From contig JAISUW010000044.1 of the NCBI GenBank assembly GCA_031271865.1, positions 589-64,588 of the forward strand: a stretch of 64,000 nucleotides of DNA, given 5' to 3'. The position numbers were made by a program, and so were the translations under genes. Positions 37,801-47,100 of this stretch are shown piece by piece (position 1 is the first letter of the stretch; each line of letters opens with the position of its first letter). Source of the stretch: Oscillospiraceae bacterium (GTDB lineage: Bacteria; Bacillota; Clostridia; Oscillospirales; Acutalibacteraceae). The notes beneath the pieces were generated by a model, which had not been told where the DNA came from, made no database searches, and saw nothing but the letters and a program-made list of their open reading frames with translations.

Positions 37801-38367
37801 ATTGCAAATCTCTTGGACACATCCAACGAAACCGGGCAGGGAATGTATAAGGATAACCAATCCGTTAAGGTGCTGTGCGCCGTTACATCGGTGCGAAAGA
37901 AAGTGCTGAAGGACGGAAAAACCATGGCATTCTTGGACATTGAGGACCGCACGGGCGTGATGGAGTGCTTGGTCTTTGCTTCCGACTTGGAGAGGCATAT
38001 CAACCTCTTGGCGGAGGGGCGCATTGCCCTTCTGACCGGGCGGCTCTCCCTGCAAGAGGGGAAAGAAGCGAAGCTGCTCCTGCAAGACATCGCCGATGCC
38101 GAGACTCTCCCGCTCACATTGCCGCAGTCCCTACCGCCCAAACCGCAAGCACAGCAGCGGCTTTTTCTGCGTGTTCCATCGGAAAAGGATGCCACAGTAG
38201 AACGTGTGCGCCGCTGGCTGGATGTATTTGATGGGCAGATGCCTGTAATCTTTTACTTCTGCGATACGAAGCGTTACGGCGGTTTGCCGGTCGGTGTGGC
38301 TTGGAACCCGATGCTTGCGCGGCAATTGGTGGAAATGTTAGGACAGGAAAATGTTGTTATCAAATGA
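34897..38367 (+). CDS. dnaE: DNA polymerase III alpha subunit (DnaE type)
   Basis: The PHP domain start FTHLHVHTEYSLLDG, the PDFDIDF catalytic motif and a length of 1156 aa. Confidence 0.97.
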   Translation: MPFTHLHVHTEYSLLDGVCRLDGLMERLQELGQTACAITDHGNMFGVIDFYRKAKAAGIKPILGCECYVAPRSRLSKEAGEDNTRYHLTLLAGNNTGYANLVKLVSKAWVEGFYTKPRIDRTLLEKYHEGIIALSGCMQGEPAQALLAQDYKKAREVALWYNAVFGEGNYYLEIQNHGIAEQKTLNARLLRLSQETGIPTVATNDVHYVQSEDASLQQVLICVGTNRTLGEGGGLEFRTDQLYLKSEAEMAAGFPECPEAIANTQVIADRCNVEITFGETKLPHIEITSWEGRHPAYLHRLCGEGLAKLYPNPGGTLQRDGDVPLGVVPIERLNYELDVIERMGFVDYFLIVRDFVVWAKNNGIPVGPGRGSGAGSLAAYCLGITGVDPLKYNLLFERFLNPERVSMPDFDIDFCHRRRHEVIDYVIEKYGADHVAQIATFGTLKARQAIRDIGRAMGLAYNAVDQVAKRIPNDFNITIEDALAQSPELKAQYNGDREVKKLLDTAMRCEGMPRHVSTHAAGVVITRDPVDSYVPLAAQDGAAMTQFTMTTLEELGLLKMDFLGLRPPTIISKACQMAGIAEIEITDGDQAAFSVFARGDTEGIFQSESAGMRNLLMQMQPNRLEDIIAAISLYRPGPMDSIPKYLENRRHPEKMRYAAPQLEPILSVTYGCLIYQEQVMQVCRELAGYSFGRADIVRRAMSKKKHSVMEKEQAAFLEGCAKNGISAAAAEQIFADMASFASYAFNKSHAAAYALVAYRTAWLKAHYPKQFMAATLDSWMESSGKIAEYVAECGRLGIRLLPPSVLVGEADFTVEADGIRFGLLAVKSLGQAFIRALLSERRQGAFRSYYDFLRRAHKLSGFNRRAAEALVKCGALDGLPDRPNRREMLLGMEDMLDALGSESRMNVPGQIGFFELTQRASDEPTLPRREEFAPEDLLLYEKETMGFFFSGHPLDRFEPIRLRTNGAFIANLLDTSNETGQGMYKDNQSVKVLCAVTSVRKKVLKDGKTMAFLDIEDRTGVMECLVFASDLERHINLLAEGRIALLTGRLSLQEGKEAKLLLQDIADAETLPLTLPQSLPPKPQAQQRLFLRVPSEKDATVERVRRWLDVFDGQMPVIFYFCDTKRYGGLPVGVAWNPMLARQLVEMLGQENVVIK

Positions 38368-38412
38368 TTTGCGTTACACTTGTGACATATAGACACAAAA
38401 CAGAAAAAATTA

Positions 38413-38450
38413 GCGCCGAAAAATTTTCGGCGTTTTGCTGTATTTTTTTT
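38413..38450 (+). terminator. intrinsic terminator of dnaE
   Basis: A CGCCGAAA / TTTCGGCG stem followed by a T-rich tail ending in T8. Confidence 0.75.
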
Positions 38451-38578
38451 CATGAACTTGTGCATTTTGCATAAGTATCACCCGAATCGGAGGCGATAAA
38501 TATATACAATCACGGCACCGAAAAAATTTCGTTCGTCAAATTGCACAAAAATGACAGTCCGTTTTTGTGCATATTGCC

Positions 38579-38607
38579 TTGACAATCCCCATAAATCAGA
38601 GTATAAT
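38579..38607 (+). promoter_or_regulatory. consensus sigma-A promoter for the micro-protein pair
   Basis: TTGACA (38579-38584), a 17-nt spacer, then TATAAT (38602-38607). A 9-bp perfect hairpin GCACAAAAA/TTTTTGTGC lies just upstream. Confidence 0.65.
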
Positions 38608-38719
38608 ATGCGTGTAGGGGACACCCAAGCATCCGATTGAATCCGGAAGCGCGGGGCAAACTACAAAAACAATACCGGGCAGACACATCTGACCCACTTT
38701 CAAGAAGGAGAGATTTACC

Positions 38720-38872
38720 ATGAACCGCTACTATGACGACCGCGACATCTTCCGCGCAGAGGAAAAGAAACTTATGAAAGCCATTTCCAAGCAGAAAGGT
38801 TTCAGCCTGCGCAAACTCGGCAACATCATCAAGCTCAATGCCGTCCTCGACCAGCTTAGCCGCAACGCTTGA
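38720..38872 (+). CDS. 50-aa micro-protein, paralogue 1 (not in the ORF track)
   Basis: A GAAGGAGAG RBS lies 8 nt upstream of the ATG at 38720. Translation: MNRYYDDRDIFRAEEKKLMKAISKQKGFSLRKLGNIIKLNAVLDQLSRNA. It shares an LM+.I..QKG.(S/T)LRKLG..I+L block with the next ORF. Confidence 0.55.
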   Translation: MNRYYDDRDIFRAEEKKLMKAISKQKGFSLRKLGNIIKLNAVLDQLSRNA

Positions 38873-38961
38873 GGATGTCTCGGCAGCCGGGAGGTTTGTC
38901 ACCTCCCGCAGGAAACGCGCCGACAATCCACCCACACCAACGAAAGGAGCCGCAATCCCCA

Positions 38962-39132
38962 ATGGTATTTGAAAACGTGTACGATGTGATTTCCGCAGAA
39001 TCCCGCCGCGCCTACTGTGACAGCTTACCGGAACAGCGCCGTTTGATGCGCGAAATCGGTGCGCAAAAAGGTCTTACCCTGCGCAAACTCGGCAAAGCCA
39101 TCCGCCTGGCGTGCCTCGTGAACGCGAAATGA
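38962..39132 (+). CDS. 56-aa micro-protein, paralogue 2
   Basis: Translation: MVFENVYDVISAESRRAYCDSLPEQRRLMREIGAQKGLTLRKLGKAIRLACLVNAK. An AAAGGAG lies upstream. The track start at 38869 is an unsupported extension. Confidence 0.55.
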   Translation: MVFENVYDVISAESRRAYCDSLPEQRRLMREIGAQKGLTLRKLGKAIRLACLVNAK

Positions 39133-39158
39133 GAGCGAGCTGCACAAAAGAAGAATGA

Positions 39159-39192
39159 CCGCTTTCGTCTTCGGACGGGGGCGGTTGTTTTT
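39159..39192 (+). terminator. intrinsic terminator with UUCG tetraloop
   Basis: CCGCTTTCGTC-TTCG-GACGGGGGCGG (11 bp including three G-U pairs) followed by TTGTTTTT. Confidence 0.7.
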
Positions 39193-39237
39193 CAATTTGT
39201 AATCCTTCCTTGAATATGTTGTTCATAAACAATTTAC

Positions 39238-39266
39238 TTGTAAACTGTTAGATTATGTGCTATAAT
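39238..39266 (+). promoter_or_regulatory. sigma-A promoter
   Basis: TTGTAA (39238-39243), a 17-nt spacer, then TGcTATAAT (39261-39266). Confidence 0.6.
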
Positions 39267-39316
39267 TTACGAGAGAAATGCTGTGAAGGCTATAATTACA
39301 AAGGAGGGTTCAGGCA

Positions 39317-40789
39317 ATGGCAGAAAACCAATATGACGCAATCGTAATCGGAGCGGGTCCAGGGGGAACCACAGTGGCTTCCCTGCTTGCCAATGACGGC
39401 AAGCGCGTACTGCTGGTGGATAAGAACAGCAGTGCGGGCGGGAAGATGATAACCATCCACCGCGATGGCCACTATTATGAGATGTTCCCCCTTAACCTCA
39501 TTCCGTATGGTCCGTCGCTCTTTGAGAAACTGGCGGAAACCATCGGCAAGGCAGACAAGGTGCGCAACGTTGCGGCTGCGTTCCCGGATGACAAGGTGAT
39601 CATTCTTTACCATGACCGCGAGGGGAAAATTCATACGCTGGATTCCGGCGATATGGCTACGTTCAAATCGTTGGGCATGAGCTTGCCGGACATTGTAAAG
39701 TCCATTGCAGCTGTCGTAAAGATGCTCGCCATCAGTGCCAGTCCCAAGAAGCTGGCATCCCTCAATCATATCTCCGCGCTGGATTACATGAACAGCCTCA
39801 ACATCCCGGAGATCACCCGCGTGTTCATCACCGCCGCTTTCGGGGAGGGTGCATTCGAGATGTCGAGTGATAAGGTGCCGGCTTCCCACATGATTCGAGC
39901 ATTCAAGCTGGGGATTGACAGAAAGAACCACCCCACACCGCGCTATTATGAGGGCGGCGTTGGCGGGTTCTTCACGACCATGGCGGAGACCGTTCCGGAA
40001 CATGGCGGAAAAATCCTGTGGAATACCCGCGTCCAATCTGTCAATATCGAAGACGGCAGAGCGGTAGGTATCACCACAGAGAGCGGCGAGACTTACACCG
40101 CGCCGTTGGTTATTTCCAATGCCGGCATCCGGCAAACCGTGGTGAAGCTGGTTGGCGAGGAGCATTTTCCGAAAGCGTATGCTGGGCGCATCAAGGGCTT
40201 GCAATCCAACCTGGCGGATGTAGGCTGGCGGTACTTCACAACGGAAAAAGTGCTGCCGTCCTCCACGTTTGTGTATTTCCCTTACAACTGCCTCGAGCCG
40301 TGGAGTGCATTTGAAGAGATGAAAGACGGCAAGAAGAAACCGACCTCAAACTACATTTACATCGGCTCCAAGTCCGTCTACCCGACCGTTTCACCGGAGG
40401 GTAAACAGGTCATTTATGCTGTTATGAGTTCCCATCCCGATCCGGAGCAGGATTTAACGCAGTATTTAGACTACATAGAAAGTAAGATGCACTTGCTCTT
40501 CCCCAAGCTTTTTGAGGACGGTGTTTTGGAACGCAAAGAAGTCATGGGTTTGCACGAGGTGTACGCTTTGGGTGTGGACAAGATATTCGATGGGCAGGGC
40601 GGAGAGAGCTACGGTATCGCAAACTCCATTGGGCAAAGCGATGAGGATCGCCCGACCTGTGATCTGCCCATACGCGGCTTATACTGCGTCGGCAATGACA
40701 CAGAGGGCTTCGGTGTCGGGACGCACCGTGCTACGGAGAGCGGTTTCCTGACCTATCAGAAGATTACCGGGAAGCAAATTCCGGTCTGA
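39317..40789 (+). CDS. NAD(P)/FAD-dependent oxidoreductase (phytoene desaturase/CrtI-like family)
   Basis: The Rossmann motif DAIVIGAGPGGTTVA...LLVDKNSSAGGK and a size of ~490 aa. Confidence 0.8.
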   Translation: MAENQYDAIVIGAGPGGTTVASLLANDGKRVLLVDKNSSAGGKMITIHRDGHYYEMFPLNLIPYGPSLFEKLAETIGKADKVRNVAAAFPDDKVIILYHDREGKIHTLDSGDMATFKSLGMSLPDIVKSIAAVVKMLAISASPKKLASLNHISALDYMNSLNIPEITRVFITAAFGEGAFEMSSDKVPASHMIRAFKLGIDRKNHPTPRYYEGGVGGFFTTMAETVPEHGGKILWNTRVQSVNIEDGRAVGITTESGETYTAPLVISNAGIRQTVVKLVGEEHFPKAYAGRIKGLQSNLADVGWRYFTTEKVLPSSTFVYFPYNCLEPWSAFEEMKDGKKKPTSNYIYIGSKSVYPTVSPEGKQVIYAVMSSHPDPEQDLTQYLDYIESKMHLLFPKLFEDGVLERKEVMGLHEVYALGVDKIFDGQGGESYGIANSIGQSDEDRPTCDLPIRGLYCVGNDTEGFGVGTHRATESGFLTYQKITGKQIPV

Positions 40790-40807
40790 GTGCGCAAGCA
40801 GCCACAT

Positions 40808-40837
40808 ATACAGGGGCGGCGAATGCCGTCCCTGTAT
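40808..40837. terminator. hairpin between convergent genes
   Basis: An ATACAGGG / CCCTGTAT 8-bp stem with a 14-nt loop. Only a weak T tract follows. Confidence 0.4.
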
Positions 40838-40840
40838 GAT

Positions 40841-41365
40841 TTAGATTCGCAGTATCATGAATCCCAACGGGATGTACCCCAGAAAGAGTATTGCTAGCAG
40901 GATATACATTACAGCGGCAAACACCAAACCGCATAGAATCAGCGAGACCGTTCGCTCTTTTCTCTTCCAAAACATTTGGACTGCCTTAAAAAACAGGATG
41001 CCAATCAGACCGCCGCATACATTAAGAATCAAGTCTGTTACATCCGAGCGTCCGACCGCAAGCATGTATTGAATGAGTTCCAAGAGAAAGGAGAGGCAGA
41101 ATACGGTAAGAACATTCCTGCCAAATCTGCAAGTGGGGTTAGCAGCACCTAAGCAATACCCGGACGGTATGAACAGAATCAGATTAATCTGAAGCTCCCA
41201 TTCCGCATTTGCGCGAAACGGGATGAGATTCACACTCCGCAGCGAACCGTCACCGATGAATGGAGTGCCGCACTTCCATAGGATAGCCCATAGAAGAAAC
41301 AGTAAGTACATCAGGCTCCATATACAAATGAGCGTGTCCGGCAGGCGCTTCTTGGAAGATTTCAT
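40841..41365 (-). CDS. VanZ family membrane protein
   Basis: Four to five TM segments and the VanZ-like NLIPF motif. Confidence 0.7.
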   Translation of the reverse strand: MKSSKKRLPDTLICIWSLMYLLFLLWAILWKCGTPFIGDGSLRSVNLIPFRANAEWELQINLILFIPSGYCLGAANPTCRFGRNVLTVFCLSFLLELIQYMLAVGRSDVTDLILNVCGGLIGILFFKAVQMFWKRKERTVSLILCGLVFAAVMYILLAILFLGYIPLGFMILRI

Positions 41366-41376
41366 GACTTGTTTTC

Positions 41377-41958
41377 CTAAATATTGATCAGCTCTTCTTG
41401 CGCGGCGTGATTGAATAGTTCAACAGTCCAACGCCCGGCATCGTAATGCAGGATGGTGATGGATGTGTTTACCAGCCGGAATTTCTTCCCCATCCATGTG
41501 GGGTCAGTAACCGCCAGTAAACGGCGGATGAGTCCGCCATGGCAAACGACAATCGCGTTTTCAGCCTCGGGAAGGTTCCCCAGCATATGTATGCACTGTT
41601 CTGCGCGGTGCCTGACGGATTCATACGGCTCCCAGTCATCGCGGAAGTTTCCGGTGGGGTAGCGTTTTTCGCGCTCGTCGGAGGTCAGACCTGCGCATTT
41701 GCCGTAATCTATCTCCACAAGCGGAGCATAGGTCCGTACAGATAAACCGAGCTCATCAGCAATAATCGCTGCGGTTTCCCGAGCGCGGGAGAGGGGACTG
41801 CTGATAACCGTGTCCCAACTGCCGTTTGCCGTGAGCCACCGTGCAACTGCACGCGCCTGCTCCCTGCCCGTTTCATTGAGGGGGATGTCTTCCCTGCCCT
41901 GCCAGCGACCCTCTCGGTTCCAATCTGTCTCACCGTGGCGCACAATGCACACCCGCAT
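41377..41958 (-). CDS. histidine phosphatase family protein (phosphoglycerate mutase-like)
   Basis: The catalytic RHGETDWN motif at the N-terminus and a later CHGG. Confidence 0.85.
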   Translation of the reverse strand: MRVCIVRHGETDWNREGRWQGREDIPLNETGREQARAVARWLTANGSWDTVISSPLSRARETAAIIADELGLSVRTYAPLVEIDYGKCAGLTSDEREKRYPTGNFRDDWEPYESVRHRAEQCIHMLGNLPEAENAIVVCHGGLIRRLLAVTDPTWMGKKFRLVNTSITILHYDAGRWTVELFNHAAQEELINI

Positions 41959-41974
41959 CGCCTATTCCTCCCGA

Positions 41975-43573
41975 TTATTTGAAGCTCATGAGCTTATTCA
42001 CAGCGTTCAGATACGCCAAAATAGAAGATTCAATAATATCCGTCGACAAACCCCTCCCGGTGACGAGAACCCCATCGTCTTCCCCGGTATTGGAAGACAA
42101 ATCGAGGCGGTCGGACTCTTCATCCTCTGCCTTTGCTTTGGCGGCTGACCGACATCTGAGCTTGACGACGACCTCTCCCAGCGCATCTTTGCCGTCCGTG
42201 GCGGAGTGGATGGTGTAGGACTCGAGTTCCGGTTTCTCGCCGTCTTGGCAGGCGATGCCTGTAATCTTGTCGATGGCATTAAACGCTGCGTCAACCGGTC
42301 CGTCTCCGAGAGAGACATCCTCCAAAAGCTCTTCGCCTTTCTTCAGCCGCAGGGCACAGGAAGAACGGATGCCGTTTCCGGTATTGACCGCAAAGGTGTC
42401 GAGGGTAAAGAGGTTTTCTACATATTCGCGGGACTGCACGATGGCTTCCAAGTCGCCGTCCGTGAGTTCCTTTTTCTTGTCGGCGAGGTCTTTGAACTTG
42501 GCGAAGAACTTATCCAGTTCCGCCGGTTCGATTTTGTAACCCAACTCTGACAGGCGTTGCTCAAAGGCATGGCGGCCGGAGTGCTTGCCTAAGACGAGCG
42601 AGTTCTTCGGTACACCGATGGACTCCGGCGTCATAATCTCATAGGTGGTTTTTTCTGCAAGCACGCCATGCTGGTGGATGCCGCTTTCATGCGCAAAAGC
42701 GTTCTTGCCGACCACAGCCTTGTTGCGCGGGATGCTCTGCCCGATGATGTTGGAGAGCAAGCGTGATGTACGGTATATCTTCGTGGTGTCTATACCCGTC
42801 ACGGCATCATAGAAGTCGGCGCGCGTGCGCAGTGCCATGACGACTTCCTCAAGCGCGGCGTTCCCGGCACGCTCCCCAATGCCGTTGACGGTGCATTCAA
42901 TCTGCCGCGCCCCGGCTTTGACACCGGCTACGGAGTTCGCGACAGCCATCCCCAAGTCGTCGTGGCAATGCAGGGAGAGAATCGCCCGGTCGCAGTCCGG
43001 CACGGTTTCGCGCAGGTAGGCGATGAGTTCCCGCATTTCCATGGGCGTCGTGTAGCCCACGGTGTCCGGAATGTTGACGGTTGTGGCACCGGCGTTGATG
43101 GCAATCTCCACGACCTTCGCCAGGAACGCCCGGTCGGAACGCGTGGCATCCTCCGCCGAGAACTCCACATCTTCACAGAAGCGGCGGGCATAACGTACCA
43201 TCTTGTCTGTGCGCTCCAGCACCTGCTCCGGGGTCATGCGCAGTTTGTATTTCATATGCACGTCACTTGTCGCCAGAAAGACATGGAGGCGCGGATTGGC
43301 GGCATTCACCAAAGCCTGCACCGAGGCATCGATGTCTTTTTCCAGGCACCGGCACAGCGAGGCTACGGTGCAGTTGCGTACGCTCTCGGCGATCGTCTTT
43401 ACAGATTCGAAGTCCCCGGGGGAACTGACGGCAAAGCCGGCTTCAATGATGTCTACGCCCAGCGTCTCCAAGGCGCGGGCGACTTCAATTTTTTCCGCGA
43501 GATTCATGGAGCAGCCGGGGCTTTGTTCTCCGTCGCGCAGGGTGGTGTCAAAGATTTTTACTTGGTTAGGCAT
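41975..43573 (-). CDS. leuA: 2-isopropylmalate synthase
   Basis: [27 protein letters not shown] and the C-terminal LeuA dimerisation/regulatory domain. Confidence 0.95.
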   Translation of the reverse strand: MPNQVKIFDTTLRDGEQSPGCSMNLAEKIEVARALETLGVDIIEAGFAVSSPGDFESVKTIAESVRNCTVASLCRCLEKDIDASVQALVNAANPRLHVFLATSDVHMKYKLRMTPEQVLERTDKMVRYARRFCEDVEFSAEDATRSDRAFLAKVVEIAINAGATTVNIPDTVGYTTPMEMRELIAYLRETVPDCDRAILSLHCHDDLGMAVANSVAGVKAGARQIECTVNGIGERAGNAALEEVVMALRTRADFYDAVTGIDTTKIYRTSRLLSNIIGQSIPRNKAVVGKNAFAHESGIHQHGVLAEKTTYEIMTPESIGVPKNSLVLGKHSGRHAFEQRLSELGYKIEPAELDKFFAKFKDLADKKKELTDGDLEAIVQSREYVENLFTLDTFAVNTGNGIRSSCALRLKKGEELLEDVSLGDGPVDAAFNAIDKITGIACQDGEKPELESYTIHSATDGKDALGEVVVKLRCRSAAKAKAEDEESDRLDLSSNTGEDDGVLVTGRGLSTDIIESSILAYLNAVNKLMSFK

Positions 43574-43577
43574 AATG

Positions 43578-43691
43578 TTACACTCCGTTCGTTCCTATAG
43601 TAAAGTCTGTGTTGTAAAGGGGGAAGAAATTCACGCGGCTTGCAGATAATCCCCATAGTCGGAACGGTGTGTGGGCGTGGTTGGTCTTCAT
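43578..43691 (-). CDS. 37-codon upstream ORF abutting the leuA start
   Basis: GGAGG lies 5 nt before the ATG (43691). Translation: MKTNHAHTPFRLWGLSASRVNFFPLYNTDFTIGTNGV. The TAA stop (43580-43578) lies 4 nt before the leuA ATG, inside its RBS region. It is not Leu-rich. Confidence 0.3.
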   Translation of the reverse strand: MKTNHAHTPFRLWGLSASRVNFFPLYNTDFTIGTNGV

Positions 43692-43707
43692 AGATTCCTC
43701 CGTGATG

Positions 43708-43747
43708 TGATAAACAAGAACTCCCCTTCAGCGTTTGCCGGGGAGTT
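43708..43747 (-). terminator. terminator-like hairpin inside the leuA leader (putative attenuator)
   Basis: On the minus strand: AACTCCCC-(12 nt)-GGGGAGTT followed by CTTGTTTAT. Confidence 0.5.
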
Positions 43748-43915
43748 TCGTGTATATAAAGTAGTATGCACCTTATACCCGCACTCTGCCGCAAACGCCG
43801 ACCCTACCGCCGCTCAATAGCGGCAGCCAGAATAGGGGGAGATAGCGGTACATCGTGTCCATGCAGGTGTCCTCATATTGAACTTTGCTGATACATAGTA
43901 TGCTGAAGTATCTAT

Positions 43916-43944
43916 ATTGTAGCACGTCCGGCGCGATTTGTCAA
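43916..43944 (-). promoter_or_regulatory. sigma-A promoter for the leuA leader
   Basis: On the minus strand: TTGACA (43944-43939), a 17-nt spacer, then TACAAT (43921-43916). This gives a leader of roughly 340 nt. Confidence 0.6.
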
Positions 43945-44010
43945 GGGGGGAAGGTGAAAAATTTGCAGACTTCCCGGTGATAGAGGAATCGATGATTTGA
44001 AATCGACCTA

Positions 44011-44039
44011 TAGACAAATCTAAAAGAAAGTGCTATAAT
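44011..44039 (+). promoter_or_regulatory. sigma-A promoter for the glycyl-radical fusion gene
   Basis: TAGACA (44011-44016), a 17-nt spacer, then TGcTATAAT (44034-44039). Confidence 0.55.
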
Positions 44040-44115
44040 AAAGGTAACACCCTCAAACTTTCTTTTCGGACAAACTGTCTGTATGGAAGAGTATATCAAA
44101 GGAGATAGATGCCCC

Positions 44116-47100
44116 ATGTCCGTAGCCGTTATCCGCAAAACAAGCCGAACCGATACTTCTGCTGATACCCATACCATTGCAAAAATCCAGCGTACCTGTG
44201 TCCATGACGGTACCGGACTGCGTACGACCGTGTTCTTCAAAGGCTGCGGCTTACGCTGCCTGTGGTGCCAGAACCCGGAGAATTTGACCGCCGAACCGCG
44301 GGCGGAGGATTTGCATCTCACCACCGCCGAACTGGTGCAGATTCTGAAGAAAGACGCAAAGTACTACAAAGCTACCGGCGGAGGCGTGACGCTTTCCGGC
44401 GGGGAGCCGCTTTTGCAGAAGAAAGACTTCCTGCTGGAATTGCTGACAGCCCTGAAAGCCGAGGGTATACATACCGCTGTGGAAACAACGCTCCATGCGC
44501 CGTGGGAAACCATTGAAGCCGCGGCTCCCCTCGTGGATTTGTTTCTTGTGGACTTCAAAGTATGCGGCGATATCGCACTCCACGAAAAACTGACCGGACA
44601 AGCCGACACGCGCATCCGTGAGAATGCCAAGAAGCTCACCGACCTGCGGGGTACAGAAGGTATCCGCATACGAATGGTTGTAGTACCGGGCTGCAATGAC
44701 AGCGAAGCACAACTGCATGATGCGGCGGAGTATGTGCGTTTTCTCGGCTTTGATACCATAGAACTGCTCCAATACTGGACATTCTATGAGGAGAAAGCAG
44801 AGAAATTCGGTATCAAAATTCCGCAGCTCGGTATCCCGCAAAAGAAAGCATTGTCTGCTCTCCAAACCGCCGCTGCCTACTTGCGCGGCACAGGGCTCAA
44901 CGTTTGGAGCGACTCACTGCAGCCGCCGCCCTACCATGCGCAGTTCACGGATCGCGTGAAGCGGATTCGGCAGGAGCTGTGGGAGGCTCCGCGGGAGATT
45001 TGCTTTGAGACTTCTTTCCTCAAGACGGACTACTATAAAAAAGGAAAGGGCTTCTCCAAGCCCGTACCCATTCATCGCTCCGAACGGCTGAAGTATGTGC
45101 TGGGGAAGCGTACCATTCATGTCTACGATGGGGAACTGCTGGTCGGGAACTTTACGGCGAAGCGTGTAGCAGGGCAAATCTGGGAGGAGCAGTACGGCGC
45201 ACTGTATGTCACGTTCCTATACAAGGCCGCTCGGCAGACTCCTGTGAGCTTCTTTTCCACGAAAGAGGAGCGCAGCCGTTTCTATCGGGACGTGCTGCCC
45301 TACTGGCTCCCCAAATGTATAGTCGGCAAGTTCTTGGGTGCCAACGGCATCAAAGGGGCGTTGCAGACGTTTTCGAGTGTGGCGGAGCAGAAAGTGGGAT
45401 TCCTGAACAACTTCGCGGCCATTGCCCACTTTGTGCCGAACTACGAGCGTATCTTGGAGAACGGCACTACGGGTTTGAAGCGGGAATGCCTTCGCCTCAT
45501 GAAAGAGCATCCGGAGAATAACACAGACTTCTATAAGGGTGTCTATATCGGGCTGGACGCTTTGGAGCTGTTTGGTGCCCGCTACGCAGAGGAACTGAAG
45601 CGTCTGGCAAGAGACTGCACGGATTCCGTCCGCAAGGCGGAGTTGGAGCAGATGGCAGAAACCTGCGCCCGCGTCCCGAAGTACCCGGCTCGTACGTTCC
45701 GCGAAGCACTGCAAGCCATCACGTTCCTGCAGATTGCCCTTTGCACGGAAGCCTACGAGAACGCTGTGAGCTTTGGCCGCTTCGATCAATTGCTGAATCC
45801 CTACTATGAGCGGGATGTCGCCGCCGGCATCATTGACTACGAGGGAGCGAAGGAGCTTCTAGCCCTCTTTGTCCTGAAAATGGATGAGTGTATATTGGTC
45901 AATGACGGCGACAGCCTGCTGAATATCGGCAAGCTCTTTGAAACACTTTCCACCGACCAATCCATGACTTTCGGCGGTGATAAGCCTGATGGTACGGACG
46001 GTACAAACGACATCACCTATATGCTCTGCGATATATGCGAGTTGACACCCTTGGCGGTCAATATGTGCGGACGCGTCAGCCCGAACAGTCCGCAGAAGTA
46101 CCTCGACCGCTTGGCACAGCTCTATGTGGGCGGTTGCCCAATGCCGGAGCTGTTCAGTGACAAGGAATACTTCGATGCCCTGAAGCGGCATTACCACGAA
46201 TCGGATGCCAACTGCCGCGACTGGCCTGTCATCGGCTGCGTGGAGCCGTTTGCCAGTCACGAGCATTTCGGCAACACAGACAGTGCCAACATGAATGTTA
46301 CCCTCCCGCTTCTGCAAGCAATGAAAGGGCAAGAGAAGGATTTGTGGAACTTCGGGCTTGTTGAGCAACTCGAAAAGTTCGTGACCCGTGTTTTGGAGTT
46401 TTCTTTCTACAACAACAAGGAGAATGGCATCCGTACATGGCGGGAAAACCATGACGCTTGGCATGACAAGCTGCGCGGCTTGACGAACGTTAACCCCGCC
46501 GCTTCCATGGAGCAACTGGAGCGCCGCTACCAAGCACGATTGACGCACTTGGCGCAGTCCATCCTCGCCGATCAACAGAAGCTGGAGGCTATGCTGCAAA
46601 AGGATTTCCAGACACCGCTGGCCTCCTGCCTATACGAATCTTGCATGGAGCGCGGGAAAGATACATACGAGGGCGGTGCTGACTATAACTCCGCCGGCAT
46701 CCAAGCCGTCGGCATAACCGATGCCGCCGAGAGTTTCTATGTCATAGAAAAACTTGTGTTTGAGCAGCAGAAGTACACCATGGCAGAACTTATTGAAGCC
46801 GTGGATTCCAACTTTGCCGGGGGAAAAAATGAGCAAATCCGTTCGGACATACTTGCCCTGCCGCGCTTCGGCGACGACATGGACGACCGTGTGAACTACT
46901 GGGTGACGCGCGTCATGCAGATGTATAACATAGCCTTGGCACAGTGTCCCTTTACCGTGCGCCGCCGAGCACTTCCCGATGCGCGTGACCGCCGCGTCCT
47001 GCCATGCTATGCGGAGGATTTCACAGGCGATATTTACGATACACCTGCGGGCAAATCCGTCAACCCGCCCAATGCCTGCTTCACCGCAGGGTATTATGCG

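Noticed and set aside
43574-43944. A T-box (tRNA-Leu sensing) leader upstream of leuA.
   Set aside because: I found no GGGUGGUACCGCG-like T-box sequence next to the terminator, no AGAGA/GNRA stem-I features and no obvious specifier loop. The only GTACCGC string lies ~60 nt from the predicted TSS, which is the wrong position.
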